Source: an uncultured delta proteobacterium
GTDB taxonomy: Bacteria; Desulfobacterota; Binatia; UBA9968
Assembly: GCA_963804165.1 (NCBI GenBank)
Contig: CAWDPO010000017.1
Location: 32,001-96,000 of the forward strand
Length of the DNA: 64,000 bases
Direction of reading: 5' to 3'
Shown: positions 19,128 to 29,257 of the stretch, one piece after another
Layout of the letters: each line of letters starts with the position of its first letter
Numbering within the stretch: position 1 is the stretch's first letter
The notes under the pieces: model-generated
Told to the model about the DNA's origin: nothing
Databases searched by the model: none
What the model saw: only the letters and a program-made list of their open reading frames with translations
Made by a program: the position numbers and the translations under genes

Positions 19128-20537
19128 ATGGCCAGCTCTGATTTACCAGCTACCCTGGTGCAACAGATCGCCGGCAACGTGCTCAGCGTTGCTGCTACAG
19201 CAATTCCATGGTCGGTCGTTGAGCATACCAAGGCGCTGATCCTCGACTCCATCGGCTGCGCTTTGGCCGCGGCCGAGGAGCCCGCATTTGCACGCGCGGC
19301 GCGCGTGCTTGCACAACTCGGCGGAAACCCGGACTGCACCGTGATCGGTTCATCGCGGCGCGTTAATTTACCGCAGGCCGTGTTGCTGAATGGAATTTTG
19401 ATTCGCTCGCTGGACTTGAACGATGCCTACATCGGTCCCGGACAGATGGGACATCCGAGCGACAATATCGCGGTGGCGCTTTCCGTCGGCGAAAAGTTTC
19501 GCGTCTCTGGACCGAGCGTGATCGCCAGCGTAGCGCTCGGCTACGAGATTTACTGCCGCATGCAGGACATCATTCCAGTTCGCGGCACCTGGGATCACAC
19601 GACCGCATCGGCATTGGCGGCGCCTTTGATCGCCGGCCGGTTGATGGGATTGAACGCGGAGCAGCTTGCCCACGCGGCCGCGTTGTCGGCCACGCATGGC
19701 AACACGCTCGCCGTCGTGCGCACCGGGCAGCTGGCTAATTCCAAAGCGAACGCCAACGCAATGGTGGCATCCCAAGCGGTACTGTGTTCGTTGTTCGCCG
19801 CCGAGGGCATGACCGGTCCGCTAGGAGCGATCGAACACCCGCGCGGGCTGAGCACCGGTATGCTCGCCGGGGCAAAATTAGATCTTCTCGCTCAACCGAT
19901 CGGCGAACGCTATCGAATCCTGACCTCCGCTATCAAAGCCTATCCCTGTATCGGCACGGCCCAGACCATGGTCGCCGGCGTACTTCAAGCGCGCGCCGGC
20001 ATCGCCGATCCGGCGCGAGAAGTTCAGCGCATCGAAGTAGTGATGGCCGATATCCCGATCGTCAGCGCTCAAGTGGCGGACCAACAACGGCGCTACCCGG
20101 CAAGCCGCGAAAGCGCGGATCATAGCTTCACCTATCTTGCGGCGGCGGCTCTTTCGGACGGCGAAATTTCTGAAGCGCAATTTGCCCCCGGGCGCTGGCT
20201 GCAACCCGAAATGAGAGAAGCGATGGCGCGAGTCTCGGTCCGCACCGACGCGAGTTTGAACAAGCACACGCCGGGCAGCTACCCGGCCGTGGTGAAACTG
20301 ATTTTGCAAAGCGGCGAGAGCCGAGAAGTCGAGGTCATTTTTCCCAAAGGCCATCCCAACAATCCCATGTCGCCGGCCGAGGTCGAGGCAAAATTCCGCG
20401 CCTGTGCGCGTGGGAGAATGTCATCAGCGCGCCAGGAGAAAGTCATCGGGAAAGCGCGCGAGTTAGAAAAGCTCGCGTCCATAACCGAGCTGATGAACGA
20501 GTTGGCGGAAGGCGAGAGCGGCTCGAACCAGACTTAG
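19128..20537 (+). CDS. MmgE/PrpD family protein
   Basis: LILDSIGCALAA, LDLND...GHPSD, KAYPC and PKGHPNNPMS motifs. Confidence 0.9.
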   Translation: MASSDLPATLVQQIAGNVLSVAATAIPWSVVEHTKALILDSIGCALAAAEEPAFARAARVLAQLGGNPDCTVIGSSRRVNLPQAVLLNGILIRSLDLNDAYIGPGQMGHPSDNIAVALSVGEKFRVSGPSVIASVALGYEIYCRMQDIIPVRGTWDHTTASALAAPLIAGRLMGLNAEQLAHAAALSATHGNTLAVVRTGQLANSKANANAMVASQAVLCSLFAAEGMTGPLGAIEHPRGLSTGMLAGAKLDLLAQPIGERYRILTSAIKAYPCIGTAQTMVAGVLQARAGIADPAREVQRIEVVMADIPIVSAQVADQQRRYPASRESADHSFTYLAAAALSDGEISEAQFAPGRWLQPEMREAMARVSVRTDASLNKHTPGSYPAVVKLILQSGESREVEVIFPKGHPNNPMSPAEVEAKFRACARGRMSSARQEKVIGKARELEKLASITELMNELAEGESGSNQT

Positions 20538-20540
20538 AAC

Positions 20541-20783
20541 GGCGCAATCCGCGCCGTAAAGCAACGGAAGTCTGAAATGACGACTTTCCTGAAAAGCTAT
20601 CTCGAAATGCCGGAAGACGTAGCGGCGAAGAGCTACGAATTTCTAGTCAATCACATGCCGGATAACATGATTGTCGACGACGCGGTGATCCGGCAGGCGA
20701 GGGAATTCGCCGCCTCTTCACTAAAACTGAAGCCCGATGCTGTACCCGACATTTCTAAAGTTCGCGACTGGACATCGGAGTGA
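20541..20783 (+). pseudogene. C-terminal fragment of an NMT1/SsuA-like substrate-binding protein
   Basis: AIRAVKQRKSEMTTFLKSYL...PDISKVRDW resembles the C-terminus of such proteins; no upstream part present. Confidence 0.5.
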
Positions 20784-20975
20784 ATTGAAGTTCAATGAAC
20801 GTCATAAGTAAAGGATTTGATACTATCGCTCTGCATTTACCGGCGGAAAAAGGGGGGGGGCGTGCAAGCTAAAGGCAGACTTGAGCCCGTTTTTGGTTCG
20901 TGCCGCAAAAATCTCCAAGAAATGATCAACGGACTTGCAACCAAGGGTACCCTTAGTCTATGAAAAAAAACTCCA

Positions 20976-21063
20976 GCGTCGCTTCGCTCCGATCCCCGGC
21001 CGCTTTGCCGGGTAACGCTGGCCGGTTTGCTTTACAGCGATGGGCGATTTCAGCGGATTACAC
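20976..21063. mobile_element. Degenerate IS21-family-like terminal sequence
   Basis: cgtcgcttcgctccg, repeated ggccgcttt/ggccggttt units and a terminal ttcagcggattacac resemble IS21 ends; no transposase nearby. Confidence 0.4.
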
Positions 21064-21081
21064 TGGACAAGAGGAACTGCC

Positions 21082-21837
21082 ATGTCGTTCTACGAAAAAG
21101 GTCCCGTTCGCATTCGATATGAGGAGGCCGGCTCCGGCTTCCCGTTGTTGGTTATCCCCGGCGGGGGATTGAACTCGACAATCTCCGGCTTGATGCGCGG
21201 CAGGCCGTTTAGTACGATCGAAGAGTTCGGGGGAGAATACCGCTGCATCTTCTCGGACTTGCGCAACGCCAATGGCGGTCAGTCCTCCGGTCCGCTTGAG
21301 ATCGATCGGCCGTGGGAGGGCTATACCGATGACCATATCGGCCTGATGGATCACTTGGGGATCGACAAGTTCGTGGTGATGGGCTTCTGCATCGGTGGTC
21401 CTTTGGTTTGGAACCTTCTGAAGCGGGCACCTGATCGTATCGTCGCTGCCGTGCTGGCGCAGCCGAGCGGATTCCGCCCGGAGCTGCCCAACCAAGCGTA
21501 CGAACACAACATGAAGGAGTGGGGCCCCGAGTTGGTCAAGCGCCGACCCGACCTTACGATGGAGATGGTCGACAAATTTCTAACCAAGATGTACCGCGCC
21601 AACCCAGACTTCGTCTGGTGTGTGACACGCGATTTCGTGCGCAATTGCCAGACGCCCGTGCTGATCCTGCCGGATGATATCCCGCCTCATCCCTATGCTG
21701 TAGCCATGGAGGCCGCGCTGCTCGCACCGAAGGGGGAAGTGAGCATGTTCCCGTGGAAAGAGCCGAAGGAACGGATTCCCCTAGCGGTGCGCCAGATACG
21801 TTCCTTCCTCCGGGCGCACTGGCTCGCTTCTGTTTAG
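21082..21837 (+). CDS. Alpha/beta hydrolase with a Cys nucleophile elbow (GFCIG)
   Basis: IRYEEAGSGFPLLVIPGGG, DLRNANGGQS and GFCIGG; RBS GAGG. Confidence 0.85.
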   Translation: MSFYEKGPVRIRYEEAGSGFPLLVIPGGGLNSTISGLMRGRPFSTIEEFGGEYRCIFSDLRNANGGQSSGPLEIDRPWEGYTDDHIGLMDHLGIDKFVVMGFCIGGPLVWNLLKRAPDRIVAAVLAQPSGFRPELPNQAYEHNMKEWGPELVKRRPDLTMEMVDKFLTKMYRANPDFVWCVTRDFVRNCQTPVLILPDDIPPHPYAVAMEAALLAPKGEVSMFPWKEPKERIPLAVRQIRSFLRAHWLASV

Positions 21838-21894
21838 ACGGCGATAGCAAGCGGGAAGTCGGTCAAAGCAAATAGAATTGCTCGGGGAGGAAAA

Positions 21895-23019
21895 ATGCCA
21901 ATGTCGAGAGTTGTGTTGGCGGCTTGTGCCGTATTGCTGTTGCTGGCGGATGCGCACGCTCAATCGGACTGGAAGAAGGAATGGGAAAAAACCCTCGAAG
22001 CGGCGAAGAAGGAAGGCCAAGTGAACGTCTACATCGGCGGCTGGGAAGCCGTCGTCGAATCGGGCGCGTTTCAAAAAGCCTATCCCGAAATCAAGGTGAC
22101 CTGGGTCGGCGGCCGCGCTGGCGAGATCGCCAAGCGCATTCTCGCCGAGCGCCGCGCGGGAAAGTTCCTCGCCGACGTGAGCAGCGAAGGCATCGGCTCG
22201 AACTACCGGGCGCTGCACTTGGCCAAGAGCTTCGATCCGATCAAACCCGCACTCTTGCTGCCGGAGGTGACGGACGAATCGCTCTGGTATCAGGGCAAGC
22301 ACCGCTACATCGACCCCGAAGGGCAGTTCGTCTTCCGTTACGTCGCCACGCAGCAGCAAGGAAACATCGCTTACAACAGCAAACTCGTAAACCCGAAGGA
22401 GATTCGTTCGATCTGGGACCTCGTCGACGCCAGATGGAAAGGCAAAATCATCGCCCGCGACGTGCGCGTCCCCGGGCCGGGGAGCGCGCCGATGCGTTTT
22501 TTCTACCTTCACCCGGCGATCGGTCCGGCTTTCATCAAGAAGCTGTTCGGTGAGATGGACGTGACGCTCTTCCGTGACTTCCGCCAGAGTATCGACTGGC
22601 TCGCGAGCGGCAAAGCGAGCCTGTGCTTCTTCTGCGCGGACACCGACAAGGCGAAACTCCAGGGACTGCCGGTCGACGAGTTCGTGAATCTCAAGGAAGG
22701 CGCGCCGCTCGTCACGCAATACGGCACGCTCGCGCTCTTGAACCGCGCGCCCCATGCGAATGCGGCGAAGGTTTTCATCAATTGGTTTCTCTCGCGCGAC
22801 GGCCAGATCGCGCTGCAAAAATCTTTAGCTAGGAGCGCCGCCGAGACGGCCGATTCACTGCGCATCGATATTCCAAAAGACGACGTACAGCCGCAGAACC
22901 GCCGCGCCCCGGGAGTCAACTATCTCGACCTCGACAGCCAGGTCGAATGGACGGAGATGAAGCCGGTGCTGGCAATTTTCGAAGAGGCGCTCGCGAATGC
23001 GGAAAAACAAAAAAAGTAA
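21895..23019 (+). CDS. ABC transporter extracellular solute-binding protein (Fe3+/AfuA-like)
   Basis: Signal peptide; AAKKEGQVNVY; DLVDARWKGKI; APHANAAKVFINWFLSRDGQ. Confidence 0.85.
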   Translation: MPMSRVVLAACAVLLLLADAHAQSDWKKEWEKTLEAAKKEGQVNVYIGGWEAVVESGAFQKAYPEIKVTWVGGRAGEIAKRILAERRAGKFLADVSSEGIGSNYRALHLAKSFDPIKPALLLPEVTDESLWYQGKHRYIDPEGQFVFRYVATQQQGNIAYNSKLVNPKEIRSIWDLVDARWKGKIIARDVRVPGPGSAPMRFFYLHPAIGPAFIKKLFGEMDVTLFRDFRQSIDWLASGKASLCFFCADTDKAKLQGLPVDEFVNLKEGAPLVTQYGTLALLNRAPHANAAKVFINWFLSRDGQIALQKSLARSAAETADSLRIDIPKDDVQPQNRRAPGVNYLDLDSQVEWTEMKPVLAIFEEALANAEKQKK

Positions 23020-23101
23020 TTGAACCGATCATGGAATCTGCGTGTCCTTCGTTTTGCTTTGCCATGATTGAAGGCTTACATGGCTTGCGCAAATTCTAGA
23101 A

Positions 23102-23196
23102 TCACCACGAAGACACGAAGAGCACGAAGGGAAGATCAGAAAAAGTTTCGGCAACTTCTTTGTCCGAACTTCGTATCCTTCGTGCCTTCGTGGTGA
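23102..23196. repeat. Long intergenic hairpin of 9-nt CACGAAG units
   Basis: tcaccacgaagacacgaagagcacgaag ... cttcgtatccttcgtgccttcgtggtga. Confidence 0.8.
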
Positions 23197-23214
23197 GAAT
23201 CTCGATCCGACACA

Positions 23215-23284
23215 TCAGGTAGGGCGAAAAACGCACACGCATTTGCTCGAGTTGAAGATGTGACACTCTGCCCAAGCCAGGATT
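23215..23284 (-). pseudogene. 70-bp 3' tail of the LigB-like gene at 32709..33747
   Basis: Near-identical to 32709-32778 (ILAWAEC.IFNSSKCVC.FRPT*). Confidence 0.85.
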
Positions 23285-23347
23285 AAAGATTTTTAAGGCT
23301 GTAAAGCTCGACGGATTAGTTTTTAAAATTACTGCGTGACCGGAAAA

Positions 23348-24499
23348 CTATAGGATGTCCCCATCGCGCGCCCTAGGAGGAAATAACGCTACGCACTTGC
23401 TGGAGTTGAAAATGTAGCTCTCAGCGTAGGTCAAAATTTGCGCTTCCCGCCCTTCCATAGCACCTGCCAGGCAGATCCAATTTCGCATCTCGTGTTGTCC
23501 CGATGAACGAAGTTTATCGGGATCCAGATTTCTCCACTGGTCGAATCGGCCGGCCTTCAGTTGGTCATAGTGCTCGCGATCGGACTCCACATCGCCCCAC
23601 AGAAAGCCATGCAGGTCGGTGAGCGAGGCATGGGACCAACTGGACGATCCGATGATGCACGCGCGGTAAGGGCTCGCTGCAATAATCTCTGCCACCGCCT
23701 TCCCCAAATCGTAGCAACGCCATACCGGGGGAGCCTGTGGAGGCAAGACGCCTCCTTTAGACAATATTTTGTCCACTTCCGAGCGATCGGGCAAGCGCCC
23801 AACCCATTCGTTCGCTCCCAGAGCGGGCATGCGCATGTCTTCCCCATAACAGTTGACCTGGAACGGAATTAGAGGATAAGGAAATCCCTTCCTGTCCCAG
23901 TCGAGGTAATCCAAAGTGAAAGTGAAGGCGTGGCCCAGCCCGGTCGAGTGATGGAACTGCGACGACCAACCTACATCGAACCCCTTATTGACCAGTTCGC
24001 CGGCCAGTAGGGTTCCAATCTTTTTGCTGCCTGCGATTCTCGACTGCTGGGGGGGACGTTCCATCGGAATGCCGAGGTTTGACACACCCGTGTTCAGAAT
24101 TCCATTGGGCCCGATTTCATTGCGACGTCCGCCTTTCGCGCCACCGATCGCGAATTCATCGAACGCGTAGACACAAAAGGGCGGCAGAATATCCTCTTTG
24201 AAATTCTCGTACTGATCGTCTCCGAACATCAAAACAAAATCCGGATTGAAATGGTCCAGAGCCTGCCGCGCCGCGCGAAACCCGTTGATCACTTCTTCAC
24301 GGTGTCGCCGCGCAGCAGACACTCCTTCGTCGTTCCCCCATTCCGCTCTCATCTTCGCCGGCCAGTTCTTCGGATCCCTGAGGACCGCGGGAGTCTTCGC
24401 GTTCCTCAGGTTAATGCGAAAATAAACGTTGGCCATAGTCTCATCGGTAAACCGCATATGTGGGCCGTGGGGGCACCCGATACCAAGAATCTCGCCCAT
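23348..24499 (-). CDS. LigB-like (class III) extradiol ring-cleavage dioxygenase
   Basis: MGEILGIGCPHGP, FGDDQYENF, GHAF, SSSWSH and GQHEMRNW motifs. Confidence 0.75.
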   Translation of the reverse strand: MGEILGIGCPHGPHMRFTDETMANVYFRINLRNAKTPAVLRDPKNWPAKMRAEWGNDEGVSAARRHREEVINGFRAARQALDHFNPDFVLMFGDDQYENFKEDILPPFCVYAFDEFAIGGAKGGRRNEIGPNGILNTGVSNLGIPMERPPQQSRIAGSKKIGTLLAGELVNKGFDVGWSSQFHHSTGLGHAFTFTLDYLDWDRKGFPYPLIPFQVNCYGEDMRMPALGANEWVGRLPDRSEVDKILSKGGVLPPQAPPVWRCYDLGKAVAEIIAASPYRACIIGSSSWSHASLTDLHGFLWGDVESDREHYDQLKAGRFDQWRNLDPDKLRSSGQHEMRNWICLAGAMEGREAQILTYAESYIFNSSKCVALFPPRARDGDIL

Positions 24500-24529
24500 G
24501 ATGAGGAAATCCCCCTCTAATGCTCCGCT

Positions 24530-25654
24530 TTAATTTGGTAAGAGGCTAAGCGCGCTTTTCGTCGCCGCTTTCGCCGCTGCCTCGGTATCTGCCGAGATCT
24601 GCTCCACCTTGTTCCACTGTTCCAGAGATAGATTGTCTTTTGCCGCTATAGCCCCGAAGTTGGCCGTCCAGCGGGCGTCCACGTCCCACCGACGAGTGGG
24701 CTGGCTCAGTTCTTTTGTCCAGACTTCCTGTCCTTCTTTGCTGAGCAGCCAGTTGACGAACACCTTGGTGGCATTGGGGTGGGGGCGATTCTTAATGATC
24801 GCCAAAATCCCCGACCCGGCCGTGCCATAAGTTCCTTCTTTGAAGATCGGAAGCGCCTTTAGGGGCATACCGGCTTCGACAAAGGAGCGGAACCCATAGT
24901 AATTCATGCCAATGGTCACGGCCACTTTCTCCCTGGCAAGCGACTCTGCCAATACTCGCGCATTTCGAGAGAGCTGGAGGTCTTGGGTTACAAGGCGCTT
25001 CAAGTAGTCCTCGCCTTTGTGTTTCCACATGTATTCCCAAGCTTGCGCCCCTGCGCCGGGCTGGTGCGGATCGTACCAACCAATCTTGCCTTTCCATTTT
25101 GGATTGAGGAGATCGTCATAAGAGCGAAGCTCCTCAGCGCTCGCAGATTTTGTGTTGTGCCAAAAGTTAGAGACCAAAAAGGCTGAAAAGATATAAGTGA
25201 ACCGCTTCTCCTTATCGATAGCCATATGTCCGCCCCACCAGTTTTTAGGCTCCTTAACCTCAGGAAGAATGAGATTGGGCTCAATCGGATCGACAATGTG
25301 TCCGCCAACGAAGCCGGATATCATGGACCCGGCACCCCCGATGTGGATGTCAAAGTAACGCACACCGGCTTGAAACTCGTCACTGATCCTTCTCAGCATG
25401 GCTGTAGCAGTGCCTGCGACAAGTTCCAGATCGATGCCTGGAAACCGCTGCTCGAACGCCGCCTCTAGATGCTTCCTCAAATCAGAACTAGCAGGAATGG
25501 AAACCACGACATTGCCCTCTTTCTTGCCCGCCTCCACAACCTCCTTCCAACTCTCCTGCGAAGCCCCCCAACTCTTCTGGCAGAAGCCTAAAAATAGGAT
25601 CGCCAAAGCGGTAACACAAACAACCATCTTGGGTCGTTTAGATGAACGGACCAT
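24530..25654 (-). CDS. ABC transporter extracellular solute-binding protein
   Basis: Signal peptide; AGKKEGNVVV; DLLNPKWKGKI; PHPNATKVFVNWLLSKEGQ. Confidence 0.85.
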   Translation of the reverse strand: MVRSSKRPKMVVCVTALAILFLGFCQKSWGASQESWKEVVEAGKKEGNVVVSIPASSDLRKHLEAAFEQRFPGIDLELVAGTATAMLRRISDEFQAGVRYFDIHIGGAGSMISGFVGGHIVDPIEPNLILPEVKEPKNWWGGHMAIDKEKRFTYIFSAFLVSNFWHNTKSASAEELRSYDDLLNPKWKGKIGWYDPHQPGAGAQAWEYMWKHKGEDYLKRLVTQDLQLSRNARVLAESLAREKVAVTIGMNYYGFRSFVEAGMPLKALPIFKEGTYGTAGSGILAIIKNRPHPNATKVFVNWLLSKEGQEVWTKELSQPTRRWDVDARWTANFGAIAAKDNLSLEQWNKVEQISADTEAAAKAATKSALSLLPN

Positions 25655-25706
25655 AGAAAGTCCTCTTTCTTTAGAATGGATTTACATTAACTCGACGAAT
25701 TTGTTT

Positions 25707-26885
25707 TTATGCTTTCATTCCGTCGACTGGATCGCTCGTCCGCGCAGTATTCTCAAAATATTTACGTAACTGGACGAGGGAGGCATCGGGTCTGAAGAAC
25801 ATCTCCGGCGCCGAATAGTCCAAGTGTTCCACGATCCACTTATCCTGTCCCTCGTTAAACCACTTGTGAAACACCCAACGATGCCATAGCCAGTATTGCA
25901 GTCTAAAGGCGAGCGCTTTTAAACCATGATACTTACCGGCCAACATCTGAAAGTTGCGGGTGTGGTTCGCATCGATCGGGATCGAATAGCGAATATGGGA
26001 GTAGTAGGTGTAGTGGTTGACGATAATGCATGGAAGGCGGACACCGGCAATCATGGGTTTCCCCTTGGGGCCGAATTTTTGGCGAACTTTTGCCAGGGCT
26101 TTGCGCAGCCAAGCGTGACGTGGCCAGAGGCCAAAGCCCGGATAATTTGCCTCAAAGCCAAAAGGGCCCCGGCGCCGTTGAATCAGGTATTTGCCTTGTA
26201 CTTCACTTTCCACCTTCCCAGCCCATGCCGGCGGAAGGTTAAACTGAGTTCGCCACCGCAGGCTGTACCGATGAACATATGTAGCATGGGAAGCGTCGTA
26301 GCCGTTTTCAACTGCAGGCCGCCAGTTGCTGTTCCAGACTGACGTGACCGCCTCAAAAACATATTCCGGTTTCAACAGCTCTTCCGGAACGTCTTCCTCA
26401 AGTGGCGGCGGCTTGTCATCTCCCATGTAAACGTAGATGACCCCGTTTCTCTCCTCGACCGGATAGCTGCGAACGCCTTTTCCCTTCTTACCCACAACTG
26501 CCGACTCAGGCCCGTCCGTTAGAGCTGCCATCAACTCTCCGTCGCCCAACCTGTACGTCCAACCATGATACGCACAAGTGAGCGTGCCTTCCGTCCAGCA
26601 CTTGCCTTCGGATAGTGGCATACCGCGGTGTGCACAACGATCAAAAAGCGCATAGGGCCGACCGTTGCCTCGGATAAATACGAGTTTCTCGCCAAGCAAC
26701 GTTACCGATTTAGGTTTCTCTCCAAGCTGCCTGGAAAGGAGAGCGGGGTACCAGTAGTGACGAAACCCCAATTCTGCGGCGCCATAACGAGTCCCTGTCT
26801 TTGCTTCCATCTGTTCGTCGGGATCTGTCACATTTTCCAGCTCCCCGACAGTTCCATCATGCGTTTGACGGAGTGTCTTAGCCAT
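25707..26885 (-). CDS. Rieske non-heme iron oxygenase alpha subunit (CarAa/2-oxoquinoline monooxygenase-like)
   Basis: Rieske CAHRG...CAYHGW; mononuclear iron motif NWRPAVENGYDASHATYVH; LGFRHYWYPA. Confidence 0.85.
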   Translation of the reverse strand: MAKTLRQTHDGTVGELENVTDPDEQMEAKTGTRYGAAELGFRHYWYPALLSRQLGEKPKSVTLLGEKLVFIRGNGRPYALFDRCAHRGMPLSEGKCWTEGTLTCAYHGWTYRLGDGELMAALTDGPESAVVGKKGKGVRSYPVEERNGVIYVYMGDDKPPPLEEDVPEELLKPEYVFEAVTSVWNSNWRPAVENGYDASHATYVHRYSLRWRTQFNLPPAWAGKVESEVQGKYLIQRRRGPFGFEANYPGFGLWPRHAWLRKALAKVRQKFGPKGKPMIAGVRLPCIIVNHYTYYSHIRYSIPIDANHTRNFQMLAGKYHGLKALAFRLQYWLWHRWVFHKWFNEGQDKWIVEHLDYSAPEMFFRPDASLVQLRKYFENTARTSDPVDGMKA

Positions 26886-26980
26886 TTTTACAACCCCCGT
26901 ACTTTAAGTACTTTCCCCTTTTTATCCCGCTGATAACTACGATCGCTATATAGCAAATTCACGTGGCTGAACTAGTGACC

Positions 26981-27943
26981 TCAGGGTAGATAACCGCAGT
27001 CGCGCCAAAAGCGTTCGGCGGCGGGATGAAGCGGTATAACCAGCGGGGTATCAGGTGTATTGCGGCACATGCTTTCGAGGGGAAGGGGGCCTTCGCCTTG
27101 CCAGGCGATCCGATCCTTGCGGGCCTCGAGAGCTCGGCAGAAAGCCGTGATGAAATCGTCGGGTGCGTCCGCACGAGTGAAAACCGCCCACCCGCTGAAG
27201 TCCAGGCTCACAACATCGGCCGATAATTTTGGGTAATCCGCCTTGGGGATGACGCCACGCCGGAAGCCCATCTCTTCCAGCCTGGCCAGGAGCGGCCCTT
27301 CGAGCGACAACGGACGTATGCCATGATCAAGCGCCTTATAGATCCAGCGATTGATGGCCTCGTCAAAGACGGCGTCGACTTCCCCTCGCTCGATGGCGCC
27401 GAGGCGCTCAGAGGCCTGAGGAATTGCGGCGTCGTAGCGGACCTCGCCACCCCAGGATTTAATATCGTCCAGCGAAAAGCCCGCGGCGTCCAGGATGTGC
27501 TTGATATAGAAGTGTGTGGAATGGCCCGGCTGTTTTCTAAGCGACACGCGCAGCGGGACTCGCCGCTCGCGGATTTCTTCGAGAGACGTGACGCCCGTGC
27601 GCTCGGAGACCGCGAAGGCCATCTGATCCTCAGAGGGGATCACCGTGACGACACTGAGAGGTAAGGGCTTGGTATACGGTCCTGTACCACGATAGGCCAG
27701 CGCCAGGGGATCGACCGGGTTCATGATTGCGACCTGGACCTTTCCGGACACCACGTCGTCTATCACACCGGGGTCGTCGCTGGCAAAGAAGGTCAGTTGC
27801 CAATTCCCCTGTCCCTGAGGTCGGAGGCTTATCGTGGCCTGCCGTTGCACCCAATCTTTCCCGCCCACTAGTTCAGATGCCACCTCAAGCATCAGCCTTG
27901 ATCGCGTTGTCGCAGGCACCACGAATTTTCCATGATCGATCAT
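26981..27943 (-). CDS. TAXI-type periplasmic-binding-fold protein with no signal peptide
   Basis: GVTSLEEIRE, GEVDAVF and IPLHPAAERFW (TAXI C-terminal motif). Confidence 0.75.
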   Translation of the reverse strand: MIDHGKFVVPATTRSRLMLEVASELVGGKDWVQRQATISLRPQGQGNWQLTFFASDDPGVIDDVVSGKVQVAIMNPVDPLALAYRGTGPYTKPLPLSVVTVIPSEDQMAFAVSERTGVTSLEEIRERRVPLRVSLRKQPGHSTHFYIKHILDAAGFSLDDIKSWGGEVRYDAAIPQASERLGAIERGEVDAVFDEAINRWIYKALDHGIRPLSLEGPLLARLEEMGFRRGVIPKADYPKLSADVVSLDFSGWAVFTRADAPDDFITAFCRALEARKDRIAWQGEGPLPLESMCRNTPDTPLVIPLHPAAERFWRDCGYLP

Positions 27944-28068
27944 CCGAGCTCCACCAATTAAGCAAGCACTGTCAAGTCAACCCGGCTACCAAATATCAGG
28001 TTGACATGAATAGGGGTATCAAATCTGCACGCACAAAGCCCGTTAAGGCTAGATCGACGGCAAGGCGC

Positions 28069-29184
28069 TCACGCCCCACCCTGGTCAACAGGGTCTAACC
28101 TGAGGGAAATTCCGTTCTTCTCCAACTCCTGGTAATACTCCTCGCGGATCTTGGGGTCCTCTTCGTCGTAGCGGATTTTGGACGAATAGCCGAGTGCACT
28201 ATCACTCCGAGCCGCCCCGACAGGGTCGTACTCTCCCTTCGCGTTCATACTGGGCGGCTTTCGCACCCATCCCCTGAATGCAAGCTGGCGGAAGGGGCCT
28301 TTGCCGGTATTAAAATGCTGGTGGTACTCGTTGGTATGGGGAGCGACAACGCCATATGGTTTTATATAAACCTTCTGCCGTTTCTCCGGATTGAGTTCGT
28401 CGCCTTGCTTGAACAAAAGCTCATATCCGCCTCCCTCAATAACCACGACGTGCGCGCCGGCCCCGTGCCTATGGGCGGTTACATAGGTCCCTTCGCTAAC
28501 CTCCAGTAGGTGTAACTGAGAAAGGGAATTGCCCATGTACAGGCGCGTAATGGATGTCCGAATTCCCCTCTCCTGCCAGGGGTCTAACTTAAATTTCCTT
28601 ACGTCAGGAATAAAATTGGTCGCAAATAGGCGCAGGTTCCAGCGCATTCCCTCATCCATGTAGAAATTCTCCATGGAGTAGGAGTACCGGTCCGTGAATT
28701 GGAACGGATTGTTAAAGACGAACTCAGTGTTGTGGTAGAGGTTGATGACTTGGGCCATATTGGTGCCGAATAGGAGCCGACAAGGCTCGTCGCCGGAGCT
28801 ATTGAACTCCTGATGCCATGCGTTCAACGGGATCGCGAGAAGCGCTCCCTCCTCCCATTCAACGGTTTTCCTGGGTTCTCCTTCTTGCCAGATGGTGCTG
28901 GCGCCTTTACCTTTCATGACGTACATGATCGACTCGTACATGTGGTGTTCCGGCTTCAGTTCACCCTTGGCGGGGATTTCCACGATCTGAAGGTTCACAT
29001 CCTCCTGATTGCCGAGGCGGGTATAGGCGGCCTTCCCGCCCCTTCTCTCCCAGTCTTTGAGTGGCAAGGTGGACAGGTCTTCAAGAATGCTCCCCTCGTA
29101 TAGAGGCACACCCTCTCTCTCGACGAAGCGCCTATAGTAACTCCCTACCCACCACTCCTCGAAAGTCGTCGGTGCTTGAGACAT
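28069..29184 (-). CDS. Bicupin protein, gentisate 1,2-dioxygenase-like
   Basis: EHHMYE...G.G....W.EG....IPLNAWHQEFN, and a second cupin AHRHGAG...HQHFN. Confidence 0.75.
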   Translation of the reverse strand: MSQAPTTFEEWWVGSYYRRFVEREGVPLYEGSILEDLSTLPLKDWERRGGKAAYTRLGNQEDVNLQIVEIPAKGELKPEHHMYESIMYVMKGKGASTIWQEGEPRKTVEWEEGALLAIPLNAWHQEFNSSGDEPCRLLFGTNMAQVINLYHNTEFVFNNPFQFTDRYSYSMENFYMDEGMRWNLRLFATNFIPDVRKFKLDPWQERGIRTSITRLYMGNSLSQLHLLEVSEGTYVTAHRHGAGAHVVVIEGGGYELLFKQGDELNPEKRQKVYIKPYGVVAPHTNEYHQHFNTGKGPFRQLAFRGWVRKPPSMNAKGEYDPVGAARSDSALGYSSKIRYDEEDPKIREEYYQELEKNGISLRLDPVDQGGA

Positions 29185-29257
29185 GTTTCTCGATGATCCT
29201 TTTTAATAAGGTTTTAGATCAATGAACGAGCTCGCAAAGCGTCCACCGTCGAACCGC

